A stretch of 64,000 bases of DNA from Heteronotia binoei (Eukaryota), in NCBI RefSeq assembly GCF_032191835.1, contig NC_083237.1, forward strand, positions 66,836,001 through 66,900,000. Reading direction: 5' to 3'. The position numbers and the translations under genes are program-made. The notes below the pieces were generated by a model, which was not told the DNA's origin, did not search any database, and saw only the letters and a list, made by a program, of their open reading frames with translations. Position 1 is the first letter of the stretch. Every line of letters begins with the position of its first letter. This document shows positions 24,502 to 37,235 of this stretch, in pieces.

Positions 24502-25006
24502 GTGAGGATGTCTTGGTCACACGGGAGCCTTGGTCATCAGATGCACTGTGGGGGAGCAGCAAATGTGTGGTGTGCCCTTTAAAAGTAAGTGGCAGGATTG
24601 TGTTCACTGAGGACAGGGAAGATGGGCAGATGCTTTTGGCACCCCATGAAGGAAACACTGGCCCCTCTTTCTCTGGGGAAGAGTACCATGGATCTGTATT
24701 TCCTATCAGTGTATGTGTATTTTAGGGGTCAGTTAATTTGTAATTTATACTCTGCTTTTGCATACTAGAGCTTGTTATGTGCTCAGGTAACCCTGGTGGC
24801 CCTCTTCTTCCCTGTAAATGAACAAGATCCAACTTTGCCAGCTGAATGCTTTTTGCCCTCCTCATGAATGGAGACGCATGAGATTTCAAGAGCTGTGTTT
24901 TAGATCATTATGGGTGGAGAAAGGATGCTCATGCAGCAAAGTTTCAGAGTCTGGAACAAAAGCAATCTGTGGCTAGAGAAGAGGTGTACCTTTTTTTCTT
25001 CTGCAG

Positions 25007-25154
25007 AACCCTGACGGCTCCCTTTCTCAAGCAGCCATGATGCAAAGTGCCCTTGCCAAGGAGAGGCGAGAACTGAAGCAAGCGCAGCGGGAAGCAGAGA
25101 TGGACTCCATCCCTATGGGACTCAACAAACACTGGGTGGACCCCCTCCCAGATG
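25007..25154 (+). CDS. DHX8: DHX8 exon 11 (148 nt; [21 protein letters not shown]...WVDPLPD)
   Basis: ctgcag|AAC...G|gtacaa. Confidence 0.95.
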
Positions 25155-25194
25155 GTACAAGAAGTCTCTTCAAACATTGGTTTTTCTCAGAGTT

Positions 25195-25322
25195 TGTGTG
25201 GAGCACAATCTGACAATCTCCTTTATCTTCCTCCCCCACAAAAGACACCTTGTGAGGTGGGTGGGGCTGAGAGGGCTCTCGCAGAAGCTGCCCTTTCAAG
25301 GACAACTGTGCGAGAGCTATGT
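25195..25322 (-). mobile_element. Squam3-like SINE fragment
   Basis: Reverse complement of the 21453-21757 core. Confidence 0.65.
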
Positions 25323-25365
25323 TGGGAAGGTACTAACTGGATAGTAGGAAAAACGTCTTTACAGT

Positions 25366-25550
25366 AAGAGTCAACAGTGGAATCAGCTGCCGAGGGAGGG
25401 GTCAGCTCCCCCTCCCTGGTGGTCTTTAAGCAGTGGCTGGATGAGCACTGGTCAGGAATGCTCTAGGCTGATCCTGCATTGAGCAGGGGGTTGGACTCGA
25501 CGGCCTCTGGCCCTTTCCATCTCTGGGATTCTCTGATTCTGCTTTACTTT
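25366..25550 (+). mobile_element. CR1 3' end
   Basis: QWNQLPRE-like ORF2 end; 3' UTR CCTGCATTGAGCAGGGGGTTGGAC; GATTCT tail. Confidence 0.7.
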
Positions 25551-26182
25551 AAATCAGAGTATGAAATGCAGACAGTTTGATAAATATATTCAGTCTTAAT
25601 CCAGTATATCAGAGTTTGGATTTTGATCTGGAGTCCCTTCTGTTCTGCTTATTGTACCCTGAGAAGCCAGTGACAGAATTGCCAATGCAGGACCAAGCCG
25701 TGTGTGTGTGTTTGAGTTGGAGCAAGGCAGAATCTTCTGTCCTGATGTGATCTACTGTCCAGTTTGGTGCCAGTTGAGCTGAAGGTCACTAGCTTAGATG
25801 GGGTTGAAAAGAGAGTCGTTGCTTAATCTCAGTAGCTGTTACAAATGGGCTTCCTTACTTGGAGTGAGTATACTTTCCGTTAGCAGCTGCATGTCTCTTG
25901 CTACTGATGAACTTCCACTATTTGTTGTCCTATGTGGGAGGCTGAGGGCTGGATCTGACATTCTTTAGGGTCTGATCTGGCAAAGTAAAGTCATTTGAAA
26001 ACTCTTATCTGTTGTCCTCCTTGCACTTGATGTGCTCATATTGGAGCCTGTGGAACTGTGTTCTTTCCTACAATGAAATCTGTTTCTATCTCATCCCCCC
26101 TGTTTTCTTTCATATCGTCAAGTGGATTGAATTACAGCGATGCTTCTGAGGCTGATTCTCTCTCTCTCTCTCTCTTTCCCAG

Positions 26183-26364
26183 TGGACGGGAGGCAAATTG
26201 CTGCCAATATGCGGGGCATCGGAATGATGCCAAACGACATCCCGGAATGGAAGAAACATGCTTTTGGAGGGAACAAAGCCTCTTATGGCAAAAAAACCCA
26301 GCTGTCAATCATTGAGCAGCGGGAAAGCCTCCCGATTTTCCGGCTGAAGGATCAGCTCATCCAG
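26183..26364 (+). CDS. DHX8: DHX8 exon 12 (182 nt; [24 protein letters not shown]...DQLIQ)
   Basis: (CT)n-ttcccag|TG...CAG|gtgagg. Confidence 0.96.
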
Positions 26365-26770
26365 GTGAGGACAAAAAAAAGAGAAAAGATCAGCCTCTCG
26401 CAGCTGGACCAAGCAGCCATCTCGCCCAGCATCCCGTCCCGCTAGTTACGGTGGCCTGTTTGGCACAGCAGACATCGCTAGTCGATCAAAATCCAGAAGG
26501 GGTGTATCTCTTCTGATTTCCACCTTTGGAGCCAGTTATCCATGACACAATGAAAACAGTTGGGGGGCATTGCAGCAAAATGCTGGCAACTTGATTTAAA
26601 AAACCCTAAAATCCAGTTTTGCAGACAAAACCCCCCATGACCGTTTGATTTGCTAGGTCATTTTCCTCTTTGACGTAGTAGTAGTAGTTGGAAAGCTTTT
26701 GGGTGGAATAACTGCTCAACCGGAAGGTGAATTGTATCCTTTTTTGCATCGGCCTGTTTTCTGTTTCCAG

Positions 26771-26965
26771 GCAGTCCACGATAACCAGATACTGATAGTC
26801 ATTGGAGAGACTGGCTCCGGGAAGACGACTCAGATCACCCAGTACCTGGCGGAAGCTGGCTACACCTCCCGTGGGAAAATTGGGTGCACCCAGCCACGTC
26901 GAGTGGCTGCCATGTCTGTGGCCAAGAGGGTTTCCGAGGAGTTTGGTTGTTGCTTGGGACAGGAG
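26771..26965 (+). CDS. DHX8: DHX8 exon 13 (195 nt; Walker [10 protein letters not shown], motif Ia TQPRRVAA)
   Basis: ttccag|GCA...GAG|gtaagc. Confidence 0.97.
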
Positions 26966-27370
26966 GTAAGCGATGGCTCTGGAGCAAGGGAAATCGGCCT
27001 TTTCAGTAGAGGGAAGGATAGCAGGAAACTTCACCCAGGATGGTAGCCGTGCTTCCCGCTTTTCCCCAACAAAAGGAGTGGAAAACTTCGTGAAGGATGT
27101 GGACTGTGCTGCTGACCTGAGACCGGTTGGGGCTCATCTCAAAGAATTCACTCTACAAACTTCCATCCTTTCTTATGTAGCCATAGATTTCTCGTGGTCT
27201 CAGGTTAATCTGCGCCCCACTCATTTACAGTTCTTGGAACAAGCTGCCCTTTTCGTCAGCAACTGCGTGTTGAGAAATGGTAAAAATCTGTTCTGTTGCT
27301 TCAGACCAACATGGCAACCCACCTGAATTTCTCTATGCCATTTCTCTATACCATTTTCTTAAAGTCTTTT

Positions 27371-27670
27371 CATAGAATCATAGAGTTGGGACTTCCGGGG
27401 TCATCTAGTCCAACCCCCTGCACAATGCAGAGAATTCATAAATACCACCCCCAGTGACACCCAGTGGCCAAACTGCCCAGGAAAAATTGCTTTCCGACCC
27501 CCAAAGTGGTGATGGGTGTTTCCCTGAGCATGTAAGAAAGACCACGAGATTTAAGCACTGATGCAGCCCTTCCTGCTTTCCCTCTTTTGAACTGCCTAAG
27601 TTGACAGAATCAGCGTTGCTGCCGGATGACCGTCTGTTCTGTTTAAAAGCCTCCAAAGAAGGAGAGCTCC
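27371..27670 (-). mobile_element. CR1 3' end (long-UTR subfamily)
   Basis: CATAGAATCATAGAG terminus and FKQ-containing ORF2 end on the minus strand. Confidence 0.7.
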
Positions 27671-28050
27671 CTTTCAGGACTGCCTTCCCAGCCTTAGTGG
27701 CAGCAGTCTTCTGTCGACAGCAGAGAGATCCAGCTTTTTATTTATGCCCCTCTACCATTGTCTGTACTCCACTGCATGGAATCCACACTGCCTGATTTGT
27801 CTCTCTCAGGACACAGATTGTTGTGATGTGGGTAGGCTGGGAGGCCTGTTGGGAAAATCACTTGTCCCAGGTGGGAAGTGGGCTTGGTAGAAGTTGTAGA
27901 TTTGGTGTACAGGCCAGGTGGTCCCTATCATTACAGTGAATTTGAATCTGTATGCTAGTTACATTGGTTGGTTCAAAGTGAAGGCGGTAGGTGTAGAAGC
28001 AATTCTCTGTCCAATTCTGCTTTTATTTCCTCCCTCTTCCCCACTGGCAG

Positions 28051-28236
28051 GTCGGCTACACCATCCGGTTTGAGGACTGCACAAGCCCTGAGACGGTGAT
28101 CAAGTACATGACGGATGGGATGTTGCTGCGGGAGTGCCTCATTGACCCAGACCTCACACAATATGCAATCATCATGTTGGATGAAGCCCACGAGCGTACC
28201 ATACACACTGATGTGCTCTTTGGTCTCCTGAAAAAG
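28051..28236 (+). CDS. DHX8: DHX8 exon 14 (186 nt; [12 protein letters not shown] box)
   Basis: ggcag|GTC...AAG|gtcacc (weak donor); DEAHER motif. Confidence 0.95.
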
Positions 28237-28657
28237 GTCACCACTCTTTCGACACCTCCTGTTCCACGAGTAGTAGTTGGCATGATAGATGGGCAGAGGG
28301 CAAAAAAGTGTCCAGTGCTTGATTACAGATACCCAAGGCTGTGCTCTGCTACTAGAACTCCTGTTTAGTTTATCCTTTCCCCTCTTTCTCTTCCCTGATG
28401 TTTCTTGTTTGCTTTTGTCTTTACTGTGGTGTACGGAGGTTTTGCAATTCTTTTAACCTTGGCTGGATTTGTGAGCCTGCTAGCAGCGGCAGCTTCTTTC
28501 CCTTCTCCCTCCTCTCCTACTAGTCGCGAGGGGCGGGGGGGGGGGGTGCATAGATGCTGGCCTTCTTCTTCTCACTTCTTATTAATCTTCTAACATTTTA
28601 TTTTACTTATTCCAACTTTTATACATCAAACTTTAACTTTTAAAATTTATTTATAAA

Positions 28658-29190
28658 GTTGGAGTCTATTGGCACCTTTAAGACCAACAAAGTTTTATTC
28701 AAAATGTAAGGTGCTAAAAGCACACTTCATCAGACAACAGTATGGAGTGGAATTAGCAGTCCTACGTATTTAGAGAGTGGGCAGTGAGTTAGTATGCCAA
28801 ACAGTGAAAATGTTTTGAACGGATTAAAAGAATAACAAGTTCAGGTCTCATTGGGGGGTGGGCAGCAAAGGCAGTAAACATGTCAGGACTGGAGATTGAT
28901 GTCTATGTCATTAGGTTTCTTAATTGTGAAGAGTAATAAATTTAGAGTCTGTTGTAATGTTCCGTTGGTCTCTTCTAAAGCATGGGTTAAAATAACAACT
29001 TTTTTCTGTAGAACGAAGTTGGAGTCCACTCTGTTTAAATGCTAATGCAAAAATAGATTAGAATACAGTGGATGTATGGGTTAAACAACATCCTTTTCTA
29101 AGAGTAGTTCTGTTAGGGAGATTTCTACTGTGATATATTGCATAATATCACAGACATTATTCTGGTAAACTGTTTCAAAAGAGGAAAACT
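28658..29190 (-). mobile_element. Degenerate Penelope-like 3' fragment (family 2)
   Basis: Terminal repeat ggcacctttaagaccaacaaagttttattc; CTGATGA box remnant on the minus strand; adjacent decayed coding-like sequence. Confidence 0.45.
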
Positions 29191-29539
29191 TATTTATTTT
29201 TATTATTTCATTTTTCTGTTGTCTGTTTATCACCAGGGGAAGAGGAACAATACAAGGCTATACTTCACCCTTGGGACATTCTTGCTTTATATACATTTTA
29301 TACTTCCATTTTATATTTTATTTTTTACATCCATTTTATTGTACCTTATTTTTACTATTTTACCAATCTAGCCCAATCACATTCAGCTGTACGTTTTTGT
29401 TTCCTCCCCCAATCTCTCCCTTTATCTTCGCTTCCGTGTCTCTGCTCCTGAATGGGTGTTATACTTCAAGAAAATATTCTCCTCTGTTAATACCACACCA
29501 TATGACTTGACCCCTGTTGACCTCCCCTCCTGGCCTGCT

Positions 29540-29830
29540 ATCATCATATTTATCCTCAAAGACATTAACTCTACCCCTCTCAGTGGATGACACAGTCCTT
29601 ACGTCCAACACTCAGGTTGGGCTCAGAAGACTCCTAAGCCATTTTTCAGAATACTATAAACATGCAGAACTTAAGATCATTTATTCAAAATCAAAGGTTA
29701 TGGTCTTTTATGGAGGCAAGGAAATTACCTCCTCAGTCTGGAGAATTGCTGGCGCTCAATTTGAACAGGTCTCCAGATTTTCATACCTGGGTTTGGTTTT
29801 TGAACCTCATCTTAACTGCAATTACATTTT
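29540..29830 (+). mobile_element. RTE-X-like RT fragment
   Basis: VDDTVLTSNTQVGLRRLL...YSKSKVMVF...FSYLG aligns by eye to the 7.6-8.0 kb RT. Confidence 0.7.
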
Positions 29831-30449
29831 AAATTTGTAATAAATAAACTCTCTGTGTCAGAGACTGAAAGCTTCTTCTCTAAGGGAGGCAAATATCCCA
29901 GGGGGTCTATGTGTGTTTAATATGAAATTCATTCCACAATAAATAAATGAGAATCTAGATTACCCTCTTTGCCTTTTTCTGCGTCATATTGCAGGAACCC
30001 CCCGATGTATAGGTGGGATAGCTGTAAGATTAGAGTCGGACCAGGGCTCTGTCAGAGCAAAAGCACATAAGCCAAAGGTCATTTTCTCCACCAAGAAGAA
30101 TAGTCTGCTTTATAAGCTAAATCAAGATCAATTATGTTCTCACTAGATGCAAGAAATGGACAAGAAGCTATTCTTAGCCTAGCAAAGAATATTGAGACTT
30201 GGAAAAAGTGAATCTCTACTAACTTATCAAGAAACGCATAAAAGATTACTTCAGCTCAGTTATATGAGCTTGGAGCATATGCTCCGCCCAGTTGTCGTTG
30301 GTGTTTTGTTTGTTTTTTGCATCCTTCCACCTCCAACCATCCCAGTCTACATTAAATACCTAACAGCTGTGGCTTCTGACCCTTTTTGCATGTGTATCTT
30401 TCCGCGTTTACGTGCCTTGAGATGTCCTCTCCCTCTTTCTCTGCTGCAG

Positions 30450-30660
30450 ACTGTTCAAAAGAGACAGGACATGAAGCTGATTGTGACATCAGCCACTCTG
30501 GATGCAGTGAAGTTCTCTCAGTATTTCTACGAGGCACCCATCTTCACCATTCCAGGTAGGACGTACCCAGTAGAGATTCTCTACACGAAGGAGCCAGAGA
30601 CAGATTACCTGGATGCCAGCCTGATCACAGTCATGCAGATTCACTTGACAGAGCCCCCAG
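30450..30660 (+). CDS. DHX8: DHX8 exon 15 (211 nt; motif III SAT)
   Basis: ctgcag|ACT...CCAG|gtgagg. Confidence 0.97.
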
Positions 30661-31416
30661 GTGAGGTGCTCCTTCCCGACCCCTAACCATTTGCCAGATT
30701 ATTGTTCTTATCTTGCAGAGGAATGTTTTTGACCCTACCTGAACACTGTTTACATTTTGTTTGCAATGCTTGAACACCCATCTGCTACACCTGCCATTCT
30801 CCAGCCAGTGGGGGAAGGTATCCTTGTATGGGTTGACCCTCCTCCTTATTCCATGGGCAAGGCATGTGTAGTTTCTTGCAAAGGATTCAACTTATCCTGA
30901 GGAGGTCCTTGCCCTGCCTGCTCCAGGGCTGGTTGAGCCTCCAGCTCTCTTGCCTCATTCGGGGAGACTGAGCGTTCCCTGGCAGCTCTTGCAGTGGAGC
31001 TGCTGTGACAGAACAGAGCAACAGCCTCATCCTTTGTGCCTCCAATTCAAACCTTCATGAGGACAATAACCGCTTCTTCTTCCCTCCCTCTCCCCTGCAG
31101 AGGGCAGAAGCTCTCTAAGTTTGTCAGAGCCACCCACACTTTCTTCCTCTGCTTCTGAAGATGGGGAGGCTCCCAAAAATCTCACTGCCTAGAGGATATC
31201 CCTTCCCCACCTCTGGCCTTGACCACAGGAAGTGAGCTTCAGCACACCAAAGGAGGAGGATTTGGGAGGTGCATTTGCATTTGGAGGGGGGCTCTCCCCT
31301 CCCCCCCCACCCAAGGCTTCCCTCTCAACACCTTCAGGGTATTTACAGTCTGCAGGCCGACTGGTTCAGTCTGCAGAAGCTGTATCCAAGGGAGGAAGCC
31401 CTGGATCACCCGGTCT

Positions 31417-32936
31417 TCATAGAATCATAGAGTTGGAAGGGACCGCCAGGGTCATCTAGTCCAACCCCCTGCACAATGAAGGAACTTCACAAATTTCTTG
31501 CCCTCCTTCTTATCATCTGCCTCATTCACAGAACCAGCATTGCTGTCAGATGGCCATCTAGCCTCTGTTTAAAAACCTCCAAGGAAGGAGAGCCCACCAC
31601 CTCCCAAGGAGGAAGCCTGTTCCACTGAAGAACCACTCTAAACTCACAAATCCCTCCCCCTAAATTCACAGGATCCTCATTGCTGTCAGATGGCCATCTA
31701 GCCTCTGTTTAAAAGCCTCCAAGGAAGGAGAGCCCACCACCTCCCGAGGAAGCCTGTTCCACTGAGGAACCGCTCTAAACTCACAAACCCCTCCCCATAA
31801 ATTCACAGAATCCTCATTGCTGTCAGATGGCCATCCAGCCTCTGTTTAAAAGCCTCCAAGGAAGGAGAGCCCACCACCTCCCGAGGAAGCCTGTTCCACT
31901 GAGGAACCGCTCTAAACTCACAAACCCCTCCCCATAAATTCACAGAATCCTCATTGCTGTCAGATGGCCATCCAGCCTCTGTTTCAAAACCTTCAAGGAA
32001 GGAGAGCCCACCACCTCCCGAGGAAGCCTGTTCCACTGAGGAACCACTCTAAACTCACAAATCCCTCCCCATAAATTCACAGAATCCTCATTGCTGTCAG
32101 ATGGCCATCTAGCCTCTGTTTAAAAACCTCCAAGGAAGGAGAGCCCACCACCTCCCGAGGAAGCCTGTTCCACTGAGGAACCACTCTAAACTCACAAATC
32201 CCTCCCCATAAATTCACAGAATCCTCATTGCTGTCAGATGGCCATCTAGCCTCTGTTTAAAAACCTCCAAGGAAGGAGAACCCACCACCTCCCGAGGAAG
32301 CCTGTTCCACTGAGGAACCGCTCTAAACTCACAAATCCCTCCCCATAAATTCACAGAATCCTCATTGCTGTCAGATGGCCATCTAGCCTCTGTTTAAAAA
32401 CCTCCAAGGAGGGAGAGCCCACCACCTCCCGAGGAAGCCTGTTCCACTGAGGAACCGCTCTAACGGTCAGGAAGTTCTTCCTAATGTTGAGCCAGAAACT
32501 CTTTTGATTTAATTTCAGCCCATTGGTTCTGGTCCTACCTTCTGGGGCCACAGAAAACAATTCCACGCCATCCTCTATATGACAGCCCTTCAAGTACTTG
32601 AAGATGGTGATCATATCACCTCTCAGCCGCCTCCTCTCCAGGCTAAACATGCTCAGCTCCTTCAACCTTTCTTCATAGGACTTGGTCTCCAGACCCCTCA
32701 CTATCTTCATCACCTTCTTCTGTACATGTTCCAGCTTGTCTATATACTTCTTAAAATGTGGTGCCCAAAACTGAACACAGTAGTCCAGGTGATGTCTAAC
32801 CAGGCTCATAACCAGAGCAGAGTAAAGCAATACCATCACTTCATGTTATCTGGAAGCTATGCTTCTGCTGATACAGCCCAAAATTGAATTTGCCTTTTTA
32901 GCCACCACATCACACTTTTGACTCATGTTCAGCATA
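31417..32936 (-). mobile_element. CR1 LINE 3' part containing a tandem array
   Basis: [14 protein letters not shown]...[14 protein letters not shown]...[26 protein letters not shown]; CATAGAATCATAGAG terminus. Confidence 0.92.
31524..32463. repeat. 137-bp tandem array, 6 full units plus 1 partial
   Basis: Unit starts at 31524, 31664, 31801, 31938, 32075, 32212, 32349. Confidence 0.95.
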
Positions 32937-34121
32937 TGGTCTTCTGAGCAGTGACTAGGAGAATTGGCATCTCCAGTCAACAACAGAGTACCAAGGTTCC
33001 TGTCCAGATTTCTGTCAGAAGGGGCAGAGGGGAGCACTCTCAAACAAAGGGGGTCTCCTCTATGCCTTTCCTCCAGCCTTGTTCATAGCCAGAACTCTCA
33101 GCAGATGTCATCTTTATCTCATCCCACTGGTCTAGGAGACCCTGGATCTTCTTCTGACCTGGTAGTGATGGCCCAACATCCACCCTGGGTCATTCCAGTG
33201 GCCCACAACGTTCTTCCGCAGGGCTCCTCATCTATCCCAACCCAGCTTGGCTCTGCCTCTCCACGTGCAAATGTGAAGGAGAACATTAGAGCATCATGGC
33301 TACACAGGAAGTCAGAGTGATTCTGGTATCTAGGAGACTGGAAGAATATATGAGGCCCCTTGGAGAGCTTTTCACAGGTGCTGTCACAGAAAAAAAACCC
33401 AAGGCTACTGCTGTTGGAGTTCTTGAGTTTCTTCGCTTCCTCCAAGATGGGCTAGAGCACAACCTCTGACCCAACACTCTTTGGCACCAGGTGGCTGCTC
33501 TCTCATTGGCTTTCCACTTCATTGCTAGACAGCTTCTCTCTAGTGACACAGCCACATAAAATATATTCTAAGAGGAGCAGCGATATCTAGCCCTCCTATC
33601 CAGTATAGTTTTCAACAACAACAACACATTTTATTTATATCCCGCCCTCCCCGCCGGAGCATTGGCATCTCCATTTCCTACCTTGGACCTCCACAAGGTG
33701 CTGGGAGTCTTACAGAAGCCTCCTTCACGTTTGCACATGGAGAGGCAAGCCTTAGGGTTCGTTCCTTAAGCAGTCATAGAGGAGCTACCCATTGGGGCAG
33801 GGAGTCTGCAGGGAACCGCTGTTCTTTCCATCAGTATGACAACGTCTGCATATGTGGATCTCTGAAGCTTGGCAAGACATGAACTAGGGTGGTGGAACAC
33901 TTCCTCAGCTTTTGCAAAAGGTCTCCTGGGGGCACTCAGACCCCATAAATCCTCACCAGACTTGTCGGGCAGGTAGAGGAGAGTATGCTTGCTGGACATA
34001 CAGTAGAGGAGAGTCAGGGAGTTCGGCGTCTCGTGTGCTGGAGGGCCGTTCTAGCAAACCGCAAACTAAACTGGTTCACTTGGCCCCTAAAAGTTTGTGA
34101 CAGTTGGTGGTTTGTGAACCA

Positions 34122-34814
34122 GGCACACCACAAACCAAACTACATTTTCCCAGTTTGTGCCCATCCTTCCTTTCCATCATAACAGGAGCGCATGACTGTT
34201 GTCTCATGCCTGTGTGTTCCTGGCACACCACAAACCAAACTACATTTTCCCAGTTTGTGCCCTTCCTTCCTTTCCATCATAACAGGAGCGCATGACTGTT
34301 GTCTCATGCCTGTGTGTTCCTGGCACACCACAAACCAAACTACATTTTCCCAGTTTGTGCCCTTCCTTCCTTCCTTTCCATCATAACAGGAGCGCATGAC
34401 TGTTGTCTCATGCCTGTGTGTTCCTGGCACACCACAAACCAAACTACATTTTCCCAGTTTGTGCCCTTCCTTCCTTCCTTTCCATCATAACAGGCGCGCA
34501 TGGCTGTTGTCTCATGCCTGTGTGTTCCTGGCACACCACAAACCAAACTACATTTTCCCAGTTTGTGCCCTTCCTTCCTTTCCATCATAACAGGAGCGCA
34601 TGACTGTTGTCTCATGCCTGTGTGTTCCTGGCACACCACAAACCAAACTACATTTTCCCAGTTTGTGCCCTTCCTTCCTTTCCATCATAACAGGAGCGCA
34701 TGACTGTTGTCTCATGCCTATGTGTTCCTGGCACACCACAAACCAAACTACATTTTCCCAGTTTGTGCCCTTCCTTCCTTTCCATCATAACAGGCGCGCA
34801 TGGCTGTTGTCTCA
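34122..34814. repeat. 100/104-bp minisatellite, 6 full units plus 1 partial
   Basis: Unit starts at 34122, 34222, 34322, 34426, 34530, 34630, 34730; length variant is one extra TTCC. Confidence 0.95.
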
Positions 34815-34852
34815 TTGGCTCTGATTGGGTGACCTGGTTCCCTGTTGTCTAG

Positions 34853-35034
34853 GAGATATCCTGGTGTTTCTGACTGGCCAAGAGGAGATTGACACAGCCT
34901 GTGAGATTCTCTACGAGCGAATGAAGTCGCTGGGCCCAGACGTGCCGGAGCTGATTATCCTCCCTGTCTACTCAGCGTTGCCCAGCGAGATGCAGACGCG
35001 GATTTTTGATCCAGCCCCCCCAGGCAGCCGAAAG
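34853..35034 (+). CDS. DHX8: DHX8 exon 16 (182 nt; motif [13 protein letters not shown])
   Basis: tctag|GA...AAG|gtaaca. Confidence 0.97.
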
Positions 35035-35522
35035 GTAACAGTTCTGTGACTTTCTAGGAGGTGGTGCTTCCCCCCTTATTGTTTCATTCTAGCAGTCCTT
35101 CCCTGTGAATATGGAGGCTTCAGCTAGCACTCAAGGCTGTCTTAGGAATTTGACTAATCCTCTCTTAAAGCTGTTACCTGTACCTGTGATCCCTGCCCAT
35201 CCTGGCAACTAAAATCAAGTAAGGATCACATCAACAAAAGCTTGGTGTCTGTTATAAACCAGTTACTAACTCAGGGTACCTTCCCTTGGCCACTCAAAGA
35301 GGTGGTTATTTGTCCACTACTCAAAAATCTATCCCTACAGAAAAATGCTGTGGCCAGTTATTGCCTTTCTGAGCTGTAGCTAACCAACTCCAAGTCCTCT
35401 CGGCTAACTTAGGTGCCCTAGGCCCTTTTCAGTCTGGCTTCAGGTTCACCTATGGGACAGGTTTAGTTATTAGCTTTTGTTGATGACCTCTGCCTGAAAG
35501 GCCCTGTTGCTCTTATTGGATT

Positions 35523-35667
35523 ATGAACATATATGAACATATGAAGCTGCCTTATACTGAATCAGACCCTTGGTCCACCAAAGTCAGTATTGTCTTCTCA
35601 GACTGGCAGCGGCTCTCCAGGGTCTCAAGCGGCGGTTTTTCACACCTATTTGCCTGGACCCTTTTTT
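35523..35667 (-). mobile_element. SINE family A, 3' half only
   Basis: Tail and body present; stops at the internal A-run before the tRNA-like head. Confidence 0.8.
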
Positions 35668-36067
35668 TCCACAATAAGAAACAATTCTGTATGATTTGTA
35701 TGGCCTGCTTGAATTGTATGATTTATATGATTTTATTGACATTTTGATATTTTAGACTTATTTTAGACTTTTTGGATTTTTACAAGGTTTGAATGTTTTT
35801 ATACTTCCTTGGAATATTTTGGTGGTTCTAAAAAGGAAGTATTATGTTTAATGATCTGTGGTCTTTGGCTGTAAATAAATTCCTTCCTTCATTCATTCAG
35901 ATGTCTTCCCAGAAAAAAAAAAGGCTCAGATGTAGCTTTCTTTCTTTTTGTGTGTGAGTCTTCCTTCCTTTTTTTGTGCGTCTTCATGGGGGTTATCCTG
36001 GTTTTGTGTTCTGCTCTTAGCTTTTTTGTCTGACTTGTGCTCCACTCTGTCCCTTCTTTCTGCTTAG

Positions 36068-36211
<144 letters not shown>

Positions 36212-36522
36212 TAAACTCTTAGCCCAGATATCTCACAGAGTGGTTGTTGTGAAAGCAAGACGGGAGTGTGGACCCCAATGTACAGTAGCCTAAGCTCCTG
36301 AGGGGGAAGTATGGGATAAAATGAATAAGATGGAGAAGGAAATAAGGGAGTTAACTGAAGCATATACTCTTATGATACTGGGAGGCTTCATCTCCCTCAC
36401 ATTGTGCTGCAAACTTGTGCCGTAGAAATGAGATTTCTAGACATCACAAATGGCTGTGCACTGGAACAGTTGGTCACAGAGCCAAGGAGAGGGGTGGTGT
36501 CAGAGAGTGCCTTCTGGATTGA

Positions 36523-36963
<441 letters not shown>

Positions 36964-37097
36964 TAATCGGTTTCAGGAACGACTTCCTTTTTCCTTCCTT
37001 AAGTTCGGCTGTAGGCTTTGTCTTCACAGGGTGTGAGTGTTGGGAATCTGAGTTGCCAAGTTGTATTCAAAGCACCTTCCTTCCCAACCACACACAG

Positions 37098-37235
37098 GCA
37101 ATGGGAATAAACGACCTCCTGTCTTTCGATTTCATGGACGCCCCCCCAATGGAGACTCTGATCACCGCCATGGAGCAGCTGTACACCCTCGGGGCCTTGG
37201 ATGACGAGGGACTCCTCACCCGCCTCGGGCGCAGG
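37098..37235 (+). CDS. DHX8: DHX8 exon 19 (138 nt; winged-helix/HA2 start)
   Basis: cacag|GCA...AGG|gtaggt. Confidence 0.96.

Noticed and set aside
34122-34814. CRISPR-like regular repeats (also 31524-32463, 59921-60285)
   Set aside because: Eukaryotic intron, no unique spacers, no cas genes; units are whole tandem duplications
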